Source: an uncultured Candidatus Saccharibacteria bacterium (GTDB lineage: Bacteria > Patescibacteriota > Minisyncoccia > Phycocordibacterales > UBA1006). From it: a stretch of 64,000 bases of DNA. Position numbers and translations under genes: made by a program. The notes under the pieces are model-generated. The model was given only the letters and a program-made list of their open reading frames with translations. It searched no databases and was not told where the DNA came from. Location of the stretch: assembly GCA_964592365.1 (NCBI GenBank), contig CAZQDL010000001.1, positions 13,198-77,197 on the forward strand. The letters are read 5' to 3'. Every line of letters starts with the position of its first letter. Position 1 is the first letter of the stretch. Of the stretch, positions 1-10,252 are shown in pieces.

Positions 1-45
1 GGAGGTATCGTGAATGAAGATTAATGTCTTTGTTCACGGTTTTTA

Positions 46-924
46 TCATGCACCTTTTCCAATCTTCCATTTACCACCTTCTTGAAAAGCTGGTATGGTT
101 TGTCTTTTTGCTTTATTTAGCAAATTTGAATAAGAAATTTTTCTATACTCTGCATATTCTTTAAGTGAAATAATATCTTCACCCTTAAGATAGCTTATTC
201 TTTTATGGTAACTATTCATAAGCGCAATACCAATGATATTTTCCATAGTCTCAGTTGATCCATCGTTATCATATTCACTGAATGCTTTATAATATTGAGT
301 ACGATCAACAAAGCGAATATTAATAGGAACATAGCCTTTTCTTAATAACAGATAATTATTCAAGACCCTTCCAATTCGTCCATTTCCATCAATAAAAGGA
401 TGGATATTTTCAAATGCTAAGTGGAACCTAGAAATTTTTCTTACAATATGCTCTGTAGTATTACTTAGGTATGCAGTGAAAACATCTTGCAACAAGTTTT
501 CAATGCGTTCAGGCGCAGGTGCAATATGATTTGCAACTTTCACATATTCTCCTTTCTCACGAAACCTCCCCGCTATGTCGTCTTGAATATTTGAAATTAG
601 CATGCGATGAAGAAGTAATATCATGCTGTTATCTAAATCATGATCCTTAGCTTTTTTATGAATATATTCAGAAACCCGAGCAAGATTTTTTGCTTCAAAA
701 AGCTCACGCTCACTTATATACCTATCTACATCAATTTCCATAAGAATTCTTTCTGTTTCTTCCAACGTCAAAGTACTGCTTTCAATAGCATTTGAGTTAT
801 ACACCTGCTCACTCACCTCCTTTTCATTTATCATATTAACGAGCGTTTCTTTCCCAGGAAGTAGTTGATAGTATTCATTTCGTAATTCTTCTATGCTTTT
901 ATAGAAATGCTGAATTTTAGACAT
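46..924 (-). CDS. Fic-domain (AMPylase family) protein with C-terminal HTH
   Basis: Canonical Fic motif HPFIDGNGRIGR; N-terminal inhibitory-helix-like SNAIES; C-terminal ISLKEYAE...GGKWKI excisionase-like HTH. Confidence 0.9.
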   Translation of the reverse strand: MSKIQHFYKSIEELRNEYYQLLPGKETLVNMINEKEVSEQVYNSNAIESSTLTLEETERILMEIDVDRYISERELFEAKNLARVSEYIHKKAKDHDLDNSMILLLHRMLISNIQDDIAGRFREKGEYVKVANHIAPAPERIENLLQDVFTAYLSNTTEHIVRKISRFHLAFENIHPFIDGNGRIGRVLNNYLLLRKGYVPINIRFVDRTQYYKAFSEYDNDGSTETMENIIGIALMNSYHKRISYLKGEDIISLKEYAEYRKISYSNLLNKAKRQTIPAFQEGGKWKIGKGA

Positions 925-940
925 ATATATATTATAGTAT

Positions 941-1024
941 ATTTTAACGTTTTTACAAACAAAAACGTTAAAATAAAGTAAAAAAGCAATATTTTCACGT
1001 TTTTGCTATTTATATCGTGAAAAT
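941..1024. promoter_or_regulatory. Two tandem palindromic operator-like sites ATTTT(A/C)ACG-N16-CGT(T/G)AAAAT upstream of fic
   Basis: Sites at 941-974 and 991-1024 have identical 16-nt spacers and a 50-bp period, next to the fic -10 (931-936). Confidence 0.55.
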
Positions 1025-1030
1025 ATTGCT

Positions 1031-2179
1031 TTATTTTCCTACAATCGCTTCAATACCAGGCAATGTTCCTTCAACTAAGAAATCAAGCATTGCTCCACCA
1101 CCGGTTGATACCACATCAATAGTATCAATGAGATTTGTCTCTTGCAAAACAGTTGCTGTATCACCACCTCCAGTAACTACCCATGCAGGAGCATGAGCAC
1201 AACTCTCTGCTACTGAAATTGATCCAGAAGTATATCCATCTTCATACTTCCCCATTGGACCATTCCAGAGGATAGTATCAGATGCAGCAATAATGTGTTC
1301 AAAGAGTTTTTCTGTTTCAGGGCCAATATCTAGCATAACATCATGATTTTGTATTTCATCTACTGAAACTACATCACCATCTTGATCAATAGCATCAATC
1401 ATTACGATAATCTTTTCATTATCAACGATATCACTGATATCAGTATCATCTACATACGATGCTCCAATGTTAAACCCTCGCTCTTTAAGAAACACATTAG
1501 CCAAAGCTCCCCCAATCATGGCGTATGAGATATGGGGAAGCATTTTCTTTAGTAAATCAAGCTTTGTTCCAAATTTTGCACCCCCTAGGATAAGGGAAGT
1601 TGTTCCCTCTCGTTTTGTAACGTCATACAGTGAAGATACCTCATGCACAAACTGAATACCGAAGTATGAAGGAAGTAATGATGTTACTGCATGTACACTT
1701 GCATGCTTGCGATGTGACACTGAGAAAGCATCATTTACATATATGTCACATGCGTTTGCAATATTTTTTAAATACTCTGCATCGTTATTCTCTTCACCAT
1801 CAAATTGACGAATGTTTTCTAGCATAATTACATCACCATGCCCCAAAGCTTCAATTCGTTCCTGGATCAATGACTCATCAAAATGAGGGATATACCCTAT
1901 GGTAATTTTCTGTGATAGATAATCAGCAATTGGCTTTAAACGTTCTTCTTTAGCTCGCCCAATATGACTTATTACCACAACTGAAGCCCCTTCAGATGAA
2001 AGGAAATTGATGGTTTTCAATGATGCCATAATTCTCCAATCTTCATATGGATCAACTACTCCATTTTCACCAAGAGGAGTATTTACATCAATTCGTAGCA
2101 AGACCTTTTTACCTTGCAGTGAATGCTGTTTTGCATATTGCTCAATACTATATTGTTCTACCTTATCTTTTATGTTCAT
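1031..2179 (-). CDS. pgk: Phosphoglycerate kinase
   Basis: LRIDVNTP, SHIGR, LENIR, NDAFSVSHR, WNGPMG, GGGDT, STGGGA motifs; start moved to MNIKDK. Confidence 0.96.
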   Translation of the reverse strand: MNIKDKVEQYSIEQYAKQHSLQGKKVLLRIDVNTPLGENGVVDPYEDWRIMASLKTINFLSSEGASVVVISHIGRAKEERLKPIADYLSQKITIGYIPHFDESLIQERIEALGHGDVIMLENIRQFDGEENNDAEYLKNIANACDIYVNDAFSVSHRKHASVHAVTSLLPSYFGIQFVHEVSSLYDVTKREGTTSLILGGAKFGTKLDLLKKMLPHISYAMIGGALANVFLKERGFNIGASYVDDTDISDIVDNEKIIVMIDAIDQDGDVVSVDEIQNHDVMLDIGPETEKLFEHIIAASDTILWNGPMGKYEDGYTSGSISVAESCAHAPAWVVTGGGDTATVLQETNLIDTIDVVSTGGGAMLDFLVEGTLPGIEAIVGK

Positions 2180-2227
2180 TGCTTTAGTATATATGAAAAA
2201 CAAAAAAGAGCAGTGCTCTTTTTTGTT

Positions 2228-3013
2228 TTATAGTTCTTCTTCGTTTTCTACATGTGTTTCAATGAGTCTGAACATACTCATTAAGATTCTTGGGTCATGA
2301 GATACTCTTCCCACAAGGAAACCATCAGTATCAGTGTTCTTCAAAAAGTCTTCAATGTTCTTGTCATCAAGTGAACCACCGTACACAAACTTCATCTCTT
2401 CTACTGCCTTTTGTGTTCTGAAAATCTTTTTAAGTTCTTCTTTTATCACAGCAATTGATTCATTATATTGAACTGAGGTAGCAGGACTCTTCTTGTCACC
2501 TGAAATTGCCCAGATAGGTTCGTAGGCGATGATGATATTCTCAGGTTCCTTCTTTGATACCCTATCAAATACATCTTTAAGTTGCTGTTGGATTTCCTTT
2601 TTCCAATTCTTGTCTCGTTGTTCTTCTCCGATACAAATTATTGGTTTCATTCCATGTTCTAGAACTGCAGATACTTTTCGAGCCACATCTAGTTTTGTTT
2701 CTAAATGTCTTCGCTCTGAGTGCCCAAGGATAACATGACCTACCTCTGCATTCTTAATCATGAGTACTGATGTTTCTCCCGTACGTGATCCTGATTCTTC
2801 TGCATATGCATCTTGTGCTCCAACGGTATAGTTATTACTATTTACATGTTCAGCCACCTGATTTAGGTAAATATGTGGAGGACAGCAAATCATATGGGTA
2901 TGATTGAGTCTCGTTATTACGTTACGAATAGAAAGAAAAAGTCCTTCTGCTTCTTTTTGAGAAGTTACATTCATTTTCCAGTTTGCGATCAGTAATTTTT
3001 TCTTGTTAATCAT
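2228..3013 (-). CDS. tpiA: Triosephosphate isomerase
   Basis: ANWKMN, GHSERR, AYEPIWAI, YGGS motifs. Confidence 0.95.
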   Translation of the reverse strand: MINKKKLLIANWKMNVTSQKEAEGLFLSIRNVITRLNHTHMICCPPHIYLNQVAEHVNSNNYTVGAQDAYAEESGSRTGETSVLMIKNAEVGHVILGHSERRHLETKLDVARKVSAVLEHGMKPIICIGEEQRDKNWKKEIQQQLKDVFDRVSKKEPENIIIAYEPIWAISGDKKSPATSVQYNESIAVIKEELKKIFRTQKAVEEMKFVYGGSLDDKNIEDFLKNTDTDGFLVGRVSHDPRILMSMFRLIETHVENEEEL

Positions 3014-3049
3014 AGTACTTGTAGTATACCACACACATAGTGTTTAGCC

Positions 3050-6000
3050 CTATTTTTTAACAAAATTAAGCACTTTTGGCTCAAAAAGCTTTGGCATTTG
3101 CATATCTATATATATAGTTTCACCATCTGGATTAAGTTCTTCTGGAAGATATACCGTATGCTCACGCTGAAATGAAATACCTATTTCATATACATCATCA
3201 AAAACATATGGGCGTATATCAATTAGCTGTTCCCTATACGGATGAACACTAACTTCAATTACTCTATTTGCGAGATATAGCTGTACCGTTGATGAGCCTG
3301 TTCCTTCAAGAAGTAATTGCTTTCCCTTTAGAGATTCAGATGAGGTTAATGTCATTTGATACATTCCTTGTTCATCTCCTTTAGGCAAGGTTCCATCTAT
3401 TAATTCCATCTGTGAGATTGACCCTACCCCTTCAACACGTCCATCTTGAATATCATAATCAAGAAGTTCCCATGATGATGGAAGAAATACGTCAACAGAA
3501 TCTTCAAGAGGGATAATATCTATGTTTGTTGAACTTTCTGTTAATGGAAGAAACTGTTCATCATTTGGAAAAAACGGTTCACTAAAAGATGGAAGAGATA
3601 TTTCTTGCTGTCCAGGAATACCTCTATGTGTCTGGTATGACAAGATGAGCTTTTCAGAAGAAAGTGATTCGTTTGGAATACGAACCTCTTGAATACTTTC
3701 AGGCAAAAGATTTCCTAAAGAAATACCATTACTTATCTGAACATCATACAATGCATATTCTCTTATATTCCTAAGCTGCAAAAGAAGATCATCATCAGAA
3801 AGGATATAGCTTACATCTATATCATTAAACATATTTTCTACCACATGAGCTAAAGACTTCTGCTCGTTTCTGTTATTAAATATTCCCCTTGCATCATCTG
3901 GCTGATCAAGGACAAAGGGATTGTTGTAACCCTCAGGTACTGGCTGTGCCCAGTTATCATGTGATTGGAAGATAAAAGCTCCTGAAAATCCCCTATTGAT
4001 AATATTCATCCACTGTTCTTTGAGTCTAATGGCTCTAAGTACTGGATCAGTTTTTTCATAGAACGCTTCAAATCCACCTAACTCTGTTGCGATCACTGGT
4101 TTTTCAAAGCTTTGTAGAATATCAAGAGATTTTTCCCAGTATGTCTCTCCCGTATCAAGCATATTCACCCCTAAAACTGAAGATGGATAATTAATACTTG
4201 GATAGAAACTAGCATAGCTTGAAAGCTGTTCGTATTCAGCATCATTAATATCATCTAGCATCTGGAAAATAGTATTGATACGATCTACTGAATGAATTTC
4301 TATCTCGTTTCCTAAACTTATCGAAAGTATATGAGGGTTACTTCCATATTTCTCTTGTAGACGATCATATCTATTTAGCAATCCCAAAGATCCTCGTAAC
4401 CAGATATCAGTTGATTTCCAATTTGATCGTGCTGGTTGTATCATTGCAAACATCATATGTTCATCAAGTGCCTTCAGAAATTGCTTGTTAGGTGCATGAT
4501 ATATTCGTATTGCATTAGCTCCAAGAGAGGTAATAAGTTGCATACCTTCTTGATGTGAAAGTCCAACTGATCGTTGTGTATATGCACCAACAATACCCTT
4601 TACCAAAAAGGGTTCCCCATTTAGATAGATTGTTCCATTTCTTGTTTCAATGTGTCTGGTATTAAATTCTGTTGATACACGGCAAGAAGTTTCAGGAATT
4701 GATATGGATATAGCATACTCTTCAAACCCTAATGGAAATTTCTTTGTGATGGCTGTAGAACCATTAACCAAGGGATGTGTCTCTTCAATATCATTAATAT
4801 GAAGGATAATCATTTCCTGTTCTGTGTTTGCCGTAACTTCAATATCAACAACAATTTGGTCGCCCTCAATATTCTTTTGAATATCAAAATCAATAGCGTT
4901 ATGTGAAAAATAGCTAAGCCATGGATTTTTACAAGAATTAGGAGAAAATATATGACTGATATATCCATATACAACAATTCCTAATATCAAAAAAAGTATC
5001 CCAATTTTTCTATATGGAAATTGCTTTACTGTATTTCGGCTAATTGGTTTCCAATTAAATCTCTTTAAAAGAGCATCTCCAAAACCAAGAAGGAAGGTAT
5101 ACATATCTACAATTACCATAAAGGGGTAGCTTAAGATGATCACAAGCATTTGCTTTTTTGAAAACGATTGAAAGAAATAGTTTGACCTAATTGCAAACAA
5201 CAAAGGAAGAACAAAAGCTATGGCAACAATCACACCTAACCAATCTTGTAGGTATGGAAAACTGATAAGTGAATAATATATGTCACTGCCCTGAAGAAAC
5301 ATAACAGAAAGAAAACCAATAATTGTTAATGGGAAAGAAATAAAGGTTCCAAATATAGTTCCAATTGCAACCAAAGAAGCCTTCCGTTCCATTATCAAGG
5401 AAACTAGAAATACGATGAGGATACTTGATACCACAATATACATCTGTAATGATGAAGTTAATTGCAGAAAAACAAAGGTATTAATTGCGATAAGAGGAAC
5501 TACTGAAAGTACAGGAACAATGAATACCAAACTATGTAACAGCATTATCAATCTTTGCTTTGTATCAATGTTTTGAGAAAGGAAAATGTTTTTGAAGAAA
5601 TTAAAGGCAATCCTGTTGTGACCTGCTGACCATCTTCTTCTTCGTGCGATATAGTCAACCAATCGAGGAGATACACTTTCTGAAGATCCAAGGTGTGATA
5701 TATATCCAATACGGTGACCAGCAAGAATAAGTTGGTAACTTAGATAAGTATCTTCAGTAATGGAATTACTAAATCCATATTCTTTCAAGATATCAGTTTT
5801 GAAAAGTGCTGTTGTACCTGTAAAAAAAGAACTCCCGTGATAATAACGGATAAGATGGTTCATCATTTCATTTCCTACATGGTTTTGTAAACTGTCCAAT
5901 AGTTGGAAAAACCCTTTTGTAGATTTAGCTCTTCTTACCCCCTGTACAGCGACAACCATATGGGTATCTAAGTATGAAACAGAAGATGAAACTACAGCAG

Positions 6001-6421
6001 GATCAGCAATGTGATCAGCATCAATAAGGAAGGTGTAGTCTGTATGTATTTTGGGAATAATAGCATTTAACTTATCCTTTTTTGCTGAAAATCCTGTAGA
6101 CACTACATTTATTTGATGCCTAGTTTTGTTCTCTTGTATTAACTTAGTAACATATTGATACGAAGTATCAGATTCTGATTTTACAAGTATATAGATGAAT
6201 AACGTTCCAAGATATTTCTGTTTTAACAGTGACTCAATTACGGCTACGATTTCTTCACCTTCATTGTGGCATGGGATAAGGACTGAAATATCTTTATCTG
6301 AAGAATCTATCTCTTCACTTTCAGAAGAAGACATTTTTGCACTTAACAGAAGAGGAAAAAGAACATATCCTGTAACTCCAAACAGGATAACGATAACTAA
6401 AGCAATAATAACTGAAAGCAT
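3050..6421 (-). CDS. Processive GT2 glycan synthase fused to a C-terminal clan GH-A-like glycoside hydrolase
   Basis: IPCHNE, DAD, TED, RRRW motifs and multiple TM helices; then LNGEPFLVKG, GANAIRIYH, LGNE and ATELG TIM-barrel motifs. Confidence 0.75.
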   Translation of the reverse strand: MLSVIIALVIVILFGVTGYVLFPLLLSAKMSSSESEEIDSSDKDISVLIPCHNEGEEIVAVIESLLKQKYLGTLFIYILVKSESDTSYQYVTKLIQENKTRHQINVVSTGFSAKKDKLNAIIPKIHTDYTFLIDADHIADPAVVSSSVSYLDTHMVVAVQGVRRAKSTKGFFQLLDSLQNHVGNEMMNHLIRYYHGSSFFTGTTALFKTDILKEYGFSNSITEDTYLSYQLILAGHRIGYISHLGSSESVSPRLVDYIARRRRWSAGHNRIAFNFFKNIFLSQNIDTKQRLIMLLHSLVFIVPVLSVVPLIAINTFVFLQLTSSLQMYIVVSSILIVFLVSLIMERKASLVAIGTIFGTFISFPLTIIGFLSVMFLQGSDIYYSLISFPYLQDWLGVIVAIAFVLPLLFAIRSNYFFQSFSKKQMLVIILSYPFMVIVDMYTFLLGFGDALLKRFNWKPISRNTVKQFPYRKIGILFLILGIVVYGYISHIFSPNSCKNPWLSYFSHNAIDFDIQKNIEGDQIVVDIEVTANTEQEMIILHINDIEETHPLVNGSTAITKKFPLGFEEYAISISIPETSCRVSTEFNTRHIETRNGTIYLNGEPFLVKGIVGAYTQRSVGLSHQEGMQLITSLGANAIRIYHAPNKQFLKALDEHMMFAMIQPARSNWKSTDIWLRGSLGLLNRYDRLQEKYGSNPHILSISLGNEIEIHSVDRINTIFQMLDDINDAEYEQLSSYASFYPSINYPSSVLGVNMLDTGETYWEKSLDILQSFEKPVIATELGGFEAFYEKTDPVLRAIRLKEQWMNIINRGFSGAFIFQSHDNWAQPVPEGYNNPFVLDQPDDARGIFNNRNEQKSLAHVVENMFNDIDVSYILSDDDLLLQLRNIREYALYDVQISNGISLGNLLPESIQEVRIPNESLSSEKLILSYQTHRGIPGQQEISLPSFSEPFFPNDEQFLPLTESSTNIDIIPLEDSVDVFLPSSWELLDYDIQDGRVEGVGSISQMELIDGTLPKGDEQGMYQMTLTSSESLKGKQLLLEGTGSSTVQLYLANRVIEVSVHPYREQLIDIRPYVFDDVYEIGISFQREHTVYLPEELNPDGETIYIDMQMPKLFEPKVLNFVKK

Positions 6422-6462
6422 ACTCCTATAGTATAGAATATCACTACCCTGTCTAGAAATAT

Positions 6463-6484
6463 AAAAACACCTTTCGGTGTTTTT
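6463..6484. terminator. Bidirectional intrinsic terminator (example of the type found at most gene ends)
   Basis: AAAAACACC-TTTC-GGTGTTTTT. Confidence 0.75.
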
Positions 6485-8177
6485 ATTGTGATACTCCCCA
6501 AATACATGTTGGACCTAATGATCGATAACAATAGCCACTTGGATCTCCAGGTCTACAACTATCAGATACATATGGCATAGGTTGGCCAGTGAAGTCCACG
6601 TCTTCTGGCGGTACAAGCACGGTAATCATTCCATATGAGTGAATAGCATAATCGTTTTCAACTCCAGGATATGGCTCCATTGCAAATACAGGAGTTGACC
6701 ATAGATCTACATCATTTTCATAAAATCCAACCTTACCTTGATTCCAGTAATATGTATTATTATTACATGTAGATTTTGTAGTCATACTAGAACAAAGTGT
6801 TCTTGCTAATGAGTACGCTGAGTTAGTTTGAGGATTAGGACCCAACTCACTATATTGCAAAGGATAACATCCTGCAGTTCCAATATCTTCAATTACTGGC
6901 TTTGGATCTTTTATCTCGTCAGGCTCAGGTGTACATGCTCTAGTTGCTGAAGGTTTCACTCCAGTACACAGTGAATCATCAACCACTGTTCCTGTCTGAT
7001 TTTGACATCTTACCGTTTGAGTTTGAACTCCATCTGAAGCACTTGTCCAACCACACTGTGCGTACGCAGTACATGATGTCTGTGTTGTCTTTGATGAACA
7101 ATATCCTGTTTCTATTGGTACCTGTTCCCACGAACATCCTGCTGTAGTTCCACACTGTGTTTGAGAAAGTGATGTACAAGAATTTTGAGTATTTATACTT
7201 GCTGAACCACTAGGGTTTCCACTTGTCTGAAGTGGTTGATTGCTTTGAATAGTATTTCCGGTCCAATTACAGCTTCCGTTTACTACACTGAATTCATCAT
7301 ATCTCCAAGAGTTTCCAGAGACATATACTTCGTAACATGAACCTGATGGTGAGTAATACAAACCATCAAGTTCAGCGATCAACAAATCTTGTAAACCGCC
7401 TCCAAGTACATTAGTGGTTTTGAATCGTTGCCCCTCAGTCCAATTAAACTCATCACCATCCCAATTTATATATGTAGAAGTAGTATATGTCCCAATACAA
7501 CTATTACCATAGTTTGTATACAGTGCATCTTTAGTTGGATCATTAATATCGCTACAAGTATCAGTAGCAAATCCACTACATGCTCCCCAATCACCTACCT
7601 GAACCCATTGATATGTATCTGTTGTTGGAGTAACAGGTGCTGAACAGTTTTGTCCATTTGCAGGGTCATATACCCCACAACGTAGAAATGAACCTGATTC
7701 ATTAACACATGTACAATATGTTGTTGGGTCATCATTGTATAGAACAAGTGATTGAATCTGGATATCACCATCAATTTGAAGCTTTGCAATATTTGGAACT
7801 GGACTAGCAAAGCCAATATTTACTGAATTGTTAAGTGGAGTTCTTTGTGTCTTGTTATCTTCATTAAGTGCATTAAATTCAGCATTTCCATACGTAAGTA
7901 CGCTATCAAAGAGTGTATCTCCTGCTGATCTAAATTTTATATCTTTAGTATTGAAAGCAATGGCTTCTTCACTATCTTTAAAGAAAGTAAAGATTTGAGG
8001 TCGATCTTTAGCCCCCACCTGGAATCGAGACAAACGCCCTCCACTTCCATCAGTTTTAATTAAATTACTTGATGTGTAATTCTGTGCTCCTGCTGATTGA
8101 GTAAGAATAAGTAGTGCTGCTAAAGCTACTACTGAAATAGCACCCGCAACAACCTTTTTAATGACTTTGTTATTCAT
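6483..8177 (-). CDS. Secreted Cys-rich fibre/adhesin, paralog 1 (split TSP1-like repeat)
   Basis: Signal peptide ending AGA-Q; LQIDGDI..CTCVNESG segment; WVQVGDWGAC ... GVQTQTVRC..VDDSLC..KPSATRAC. Confidence 0.65.
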   Translation of the reverse strand: MNNKVIKKVVAGAISVVALAALLILTQSAGAQNYTSSNLIKTDGSGGRLSRFQVGAKDRPQIFTFFKDSEEAIAFNTKDIKFRSAGDTLFDSVLTYGNAEFNALNEDNKTQRTPLNNSVNIGFASPVPNIAKLQIDGDIQIQSLVLYNDDPTTYCTCVNESGSFLRCGVYDPANGQNCSAPVTPTTDTYQWVQVGDWGACSGFATDTCSDINDPTKDALYTNYGNSCIGTYTTSTYINWDGDEFNWTEGQRFKTTNVLGGGLQDLLIAELDGLYYSPSGSCYEVYVSGNSWRYDEFSVVNGSCNWTGNTIQSNQPLQTSGNPSGSASINTQNSCTSLSQTQCGTTAGCSWEQVPIETGYCSSKTTQTSCTAYAQCGWTSASDGVQTQTVRCQNQTGTVVDDSLCTGVKPSATRACTPEPDEIKDPKPVIEDIGTAGCYPLQYSELGPNPQTNSAYSLARTLCSSMTTKSTCNNNTYYWNQGKVGFYENDVDLWSTPVFAMEPYPGVENDYAIHSYGMITVLVPPEDVDFTGQPMPYVSDSCRPGDPSGYCYRSLGPTCIWGVSQ

Positions 8178-8239
8178 ATCTGCAATTATATCACAGCTTG
8201 ATAAAAAATAACCATATGTGGATATCTTTTTCAGACATA

Positions 8240-8272
8240 TTGCCGTTTTCATTGTTTAAATGTATAATTTTG
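8240..8272 (+). promoter_or_regulatory. sigma70-type promoter overlapping a Bacteroidota-type -7 motif
   Basis: TTGCCG-N17-TATAAT (8240-8268); TAATTTTG (8265-8272) fits TAnnTTTG, with TTG 22 nt upstream. Confidence 0.5.
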
Positions 8273-8327
8273 ACAGAAACGCAGAAAGTCTGTGTAAATA
8301 ATCTTTTACAAAAAAAATCCAACACGC

Positions 8328-10208
8328 ATGAAAAACTTTATTTTCTCATTGATTCTGACGGTGTTAGGATCAATGTTTGGCTACTCGCAAGAGTTGCCTA
8401 AAACGACAGCGCAACTATCTGTTGCTCAATCTATTGATAGATTTGCATATATACATAGTAGCTATAGGAATAATCATTCACTTATGGCTGGGGTTATCAT
8501 CAATGATGATGACTTCCCATCACTAAGATTAGATAATTTTAGTATATTAGAATCTTTTCGTAACCCACTTGATACCCCTGATTTTCCGTACTTTCCAACA
8601 GAGACAAGTATTTCAAATACATTAGGGAGTATTATAGGTAACGTAAATATTTCAGAAAATCATGATAATCAAGTGCGAATTTCGATCGTTAACATTAATG
8701 ATGGGTCTGTTGTGAAACAATTCACCCTAAGAAACATGAAGATTGGAGCCATGGTACGTAATCATATGCTCGTAAATGACGATTATTTGTACATACTATT
8801 GTCAGGTAATCAAAATTCTTCAACCATTGAAGATGGATATACTGGCTTTCCATTTAGTATTTCAAAAGGAACTAGATTGAATCATGACACACCAATATTG
8901 CTTCAAGTGAGGATCTCTGATTTCAGAGTAAAAACTTACGCCTTCCCCGAAGGAACAATGTTTAAAAGAGGTAATTTAACTGCCGATGAAGATGGAAACA
9001 TCTATTTACAAGCAGTAGATTCTTTGATTTCTGAGACCTTCTATTTATTAGGTCTTAATACTGAACTTGAAGTACTATTCAAATCACCTGAAATTGCCAG
9101 AGTTAAATATGATGTAGATTTGTTTAAAACTCAAATGTTACATGCAAAAATACTCGGTAATGAATATCTTGTATATTGGAATGGTGTAGCTCCTGGGATA
9201 TATAACATATCAAGAGGAGAAAACATCATTAGTACTGATTTGAAAACAGGTCTTGACTGGTCAGAAGAAATCCAATTCCACGATGTGAATATTGAATCAA
9301 TACATCACATTCCTGGAACAGATAAATTCTTACTCGTAAGACAAGTAGGAGTACATGAACGAGTTCTTCCATGGATGCAAGTAGTAAATATCTATGGAGA
9401 AAGAACTCTATTCTTCAGAGAAAGAATTGAACGTACAAAAAATGGTGTCTCTTCATTCTCTCGCCCGTATATTATCGGTTCATATTTTGATGATCAAAAA
9501 AATCTTCACTATATGGCCATGTATAACGAGGGGGGAATAGCATCTCTTAATGGAACCACCATCGCAGATGGTACCCAAGCAGATGATACGGCTATTATTT
9601 TCAAAGGAACTCTTCAAGGAATAGATGTAAATTTCTCTTCAAAAGGAGGACTTGAGAATTTTATTCCACAAAGTGGTTCTGTAACGTACGATAGTTCTGA
9701 TGGAAATAATAATGTGGTCTATTCAGGAGTTTCTGATGTATCTAATATTATTGTAAATCGCCAAGTAGCTGAAGGCTATACGGCGGTTCCTGATAGCTAT
9801 GTTCCTAGTAACGGAAGTAACTTTGTTTTTAATGCTGATTTCAGTAATAAAAGAGTTCAAAGAACAGCAATTGCGAATATCGTAAATGGCAAAGGGCAAA
9901 CAACTAGAGATCTTGATATTATAATGATAGTAAGAGAATTTGCTGATGAAAATCTATCAACTGAAGTTTTCAATGAAAATGATTTTGCTGTTTATCCAAA
10001 TCCAGCAAGTGATGAGGTGTCAGTAAGGTTTGATAGTGATGTTGAGATTAACGTTAAGATATACAATTTAATGGGCCAACTAATTTATAGAAAAACTAAT
10101 ATTTTTTCTGGAGAATCAGTTGATGTTTCATCTTTCGCAAGAGGGATGTATATTGTACACTTTTCAAATAACGAGAAGAGTATAAGTAAAAAAATCGTTC
10201 TTCAATAG
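8328..10208 (+). CDS. Secreted protein with T9SS (Por secretion) type A C-terminal sorting domain
   Basis: Signal peptide MKNFIFSL...GYS/Q; C-terminus LSTEVFNENDFAVYPNPASD...KIYNLMGQ...VSSFARGMYIV...KKIVLQ. Confidence 0.85.
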   Translation: MKNFIFSLILTVLGSMFGYSQELPKTTAQLSVAQSIDRFAYIHSSYRNNHSLMAGVIINDDDFPSLRLDNFSILESFRNPLDTPDFPYFPTETSISNTLGSIIGNVNISENHDNQVRISIVNINDGSVVKQFTLRNMKIGAMVRNHMLVNDDYLYILLSGNQNSSTIEDGYTGFPFSISKGTRLNHDTPILLQVRISDFRVKTYAFPEGTMFKRGNLTADEDGNIYLQAVDSLISETFYLLGLNTELEVLFKSPEIARVKYDVDLFKTQMLHAKILGNEYLVYWNGVAPGIYNISRGENIISTDLKTGLDWSEEIQFHDVNIESIHHIPGTDKFLLVRQVGVHERVLPWMQVVNIYGERTLFFRERIERTKNGVSSFSRPYIIGSYFDDQKNLHYMAMYNEGGIASLNGTTIADGTQADDTAIIFKGTLQGIDVNFSSKGGLENFIPQSGSVTYDSSDGNNNVVYSGVSDVSNIIVNRQVAEGYTAVPDSYVPSNGSNFVFNADFSNKRVQRTAIANIVNGKGQTTRDLDIIMIVREFADENLSTEVFNENDFAVYPNPASDEVSVRFDSDVEINVKIYNLMGQLIYRKTNIFSGESVDVSSFARGMYIVHFSNNEKSISKKIVLQ

Positions 10209-10252
10209 AAGGACAACATAAAAAGCGTCATAATGACGCTTTTTTTTGTACC

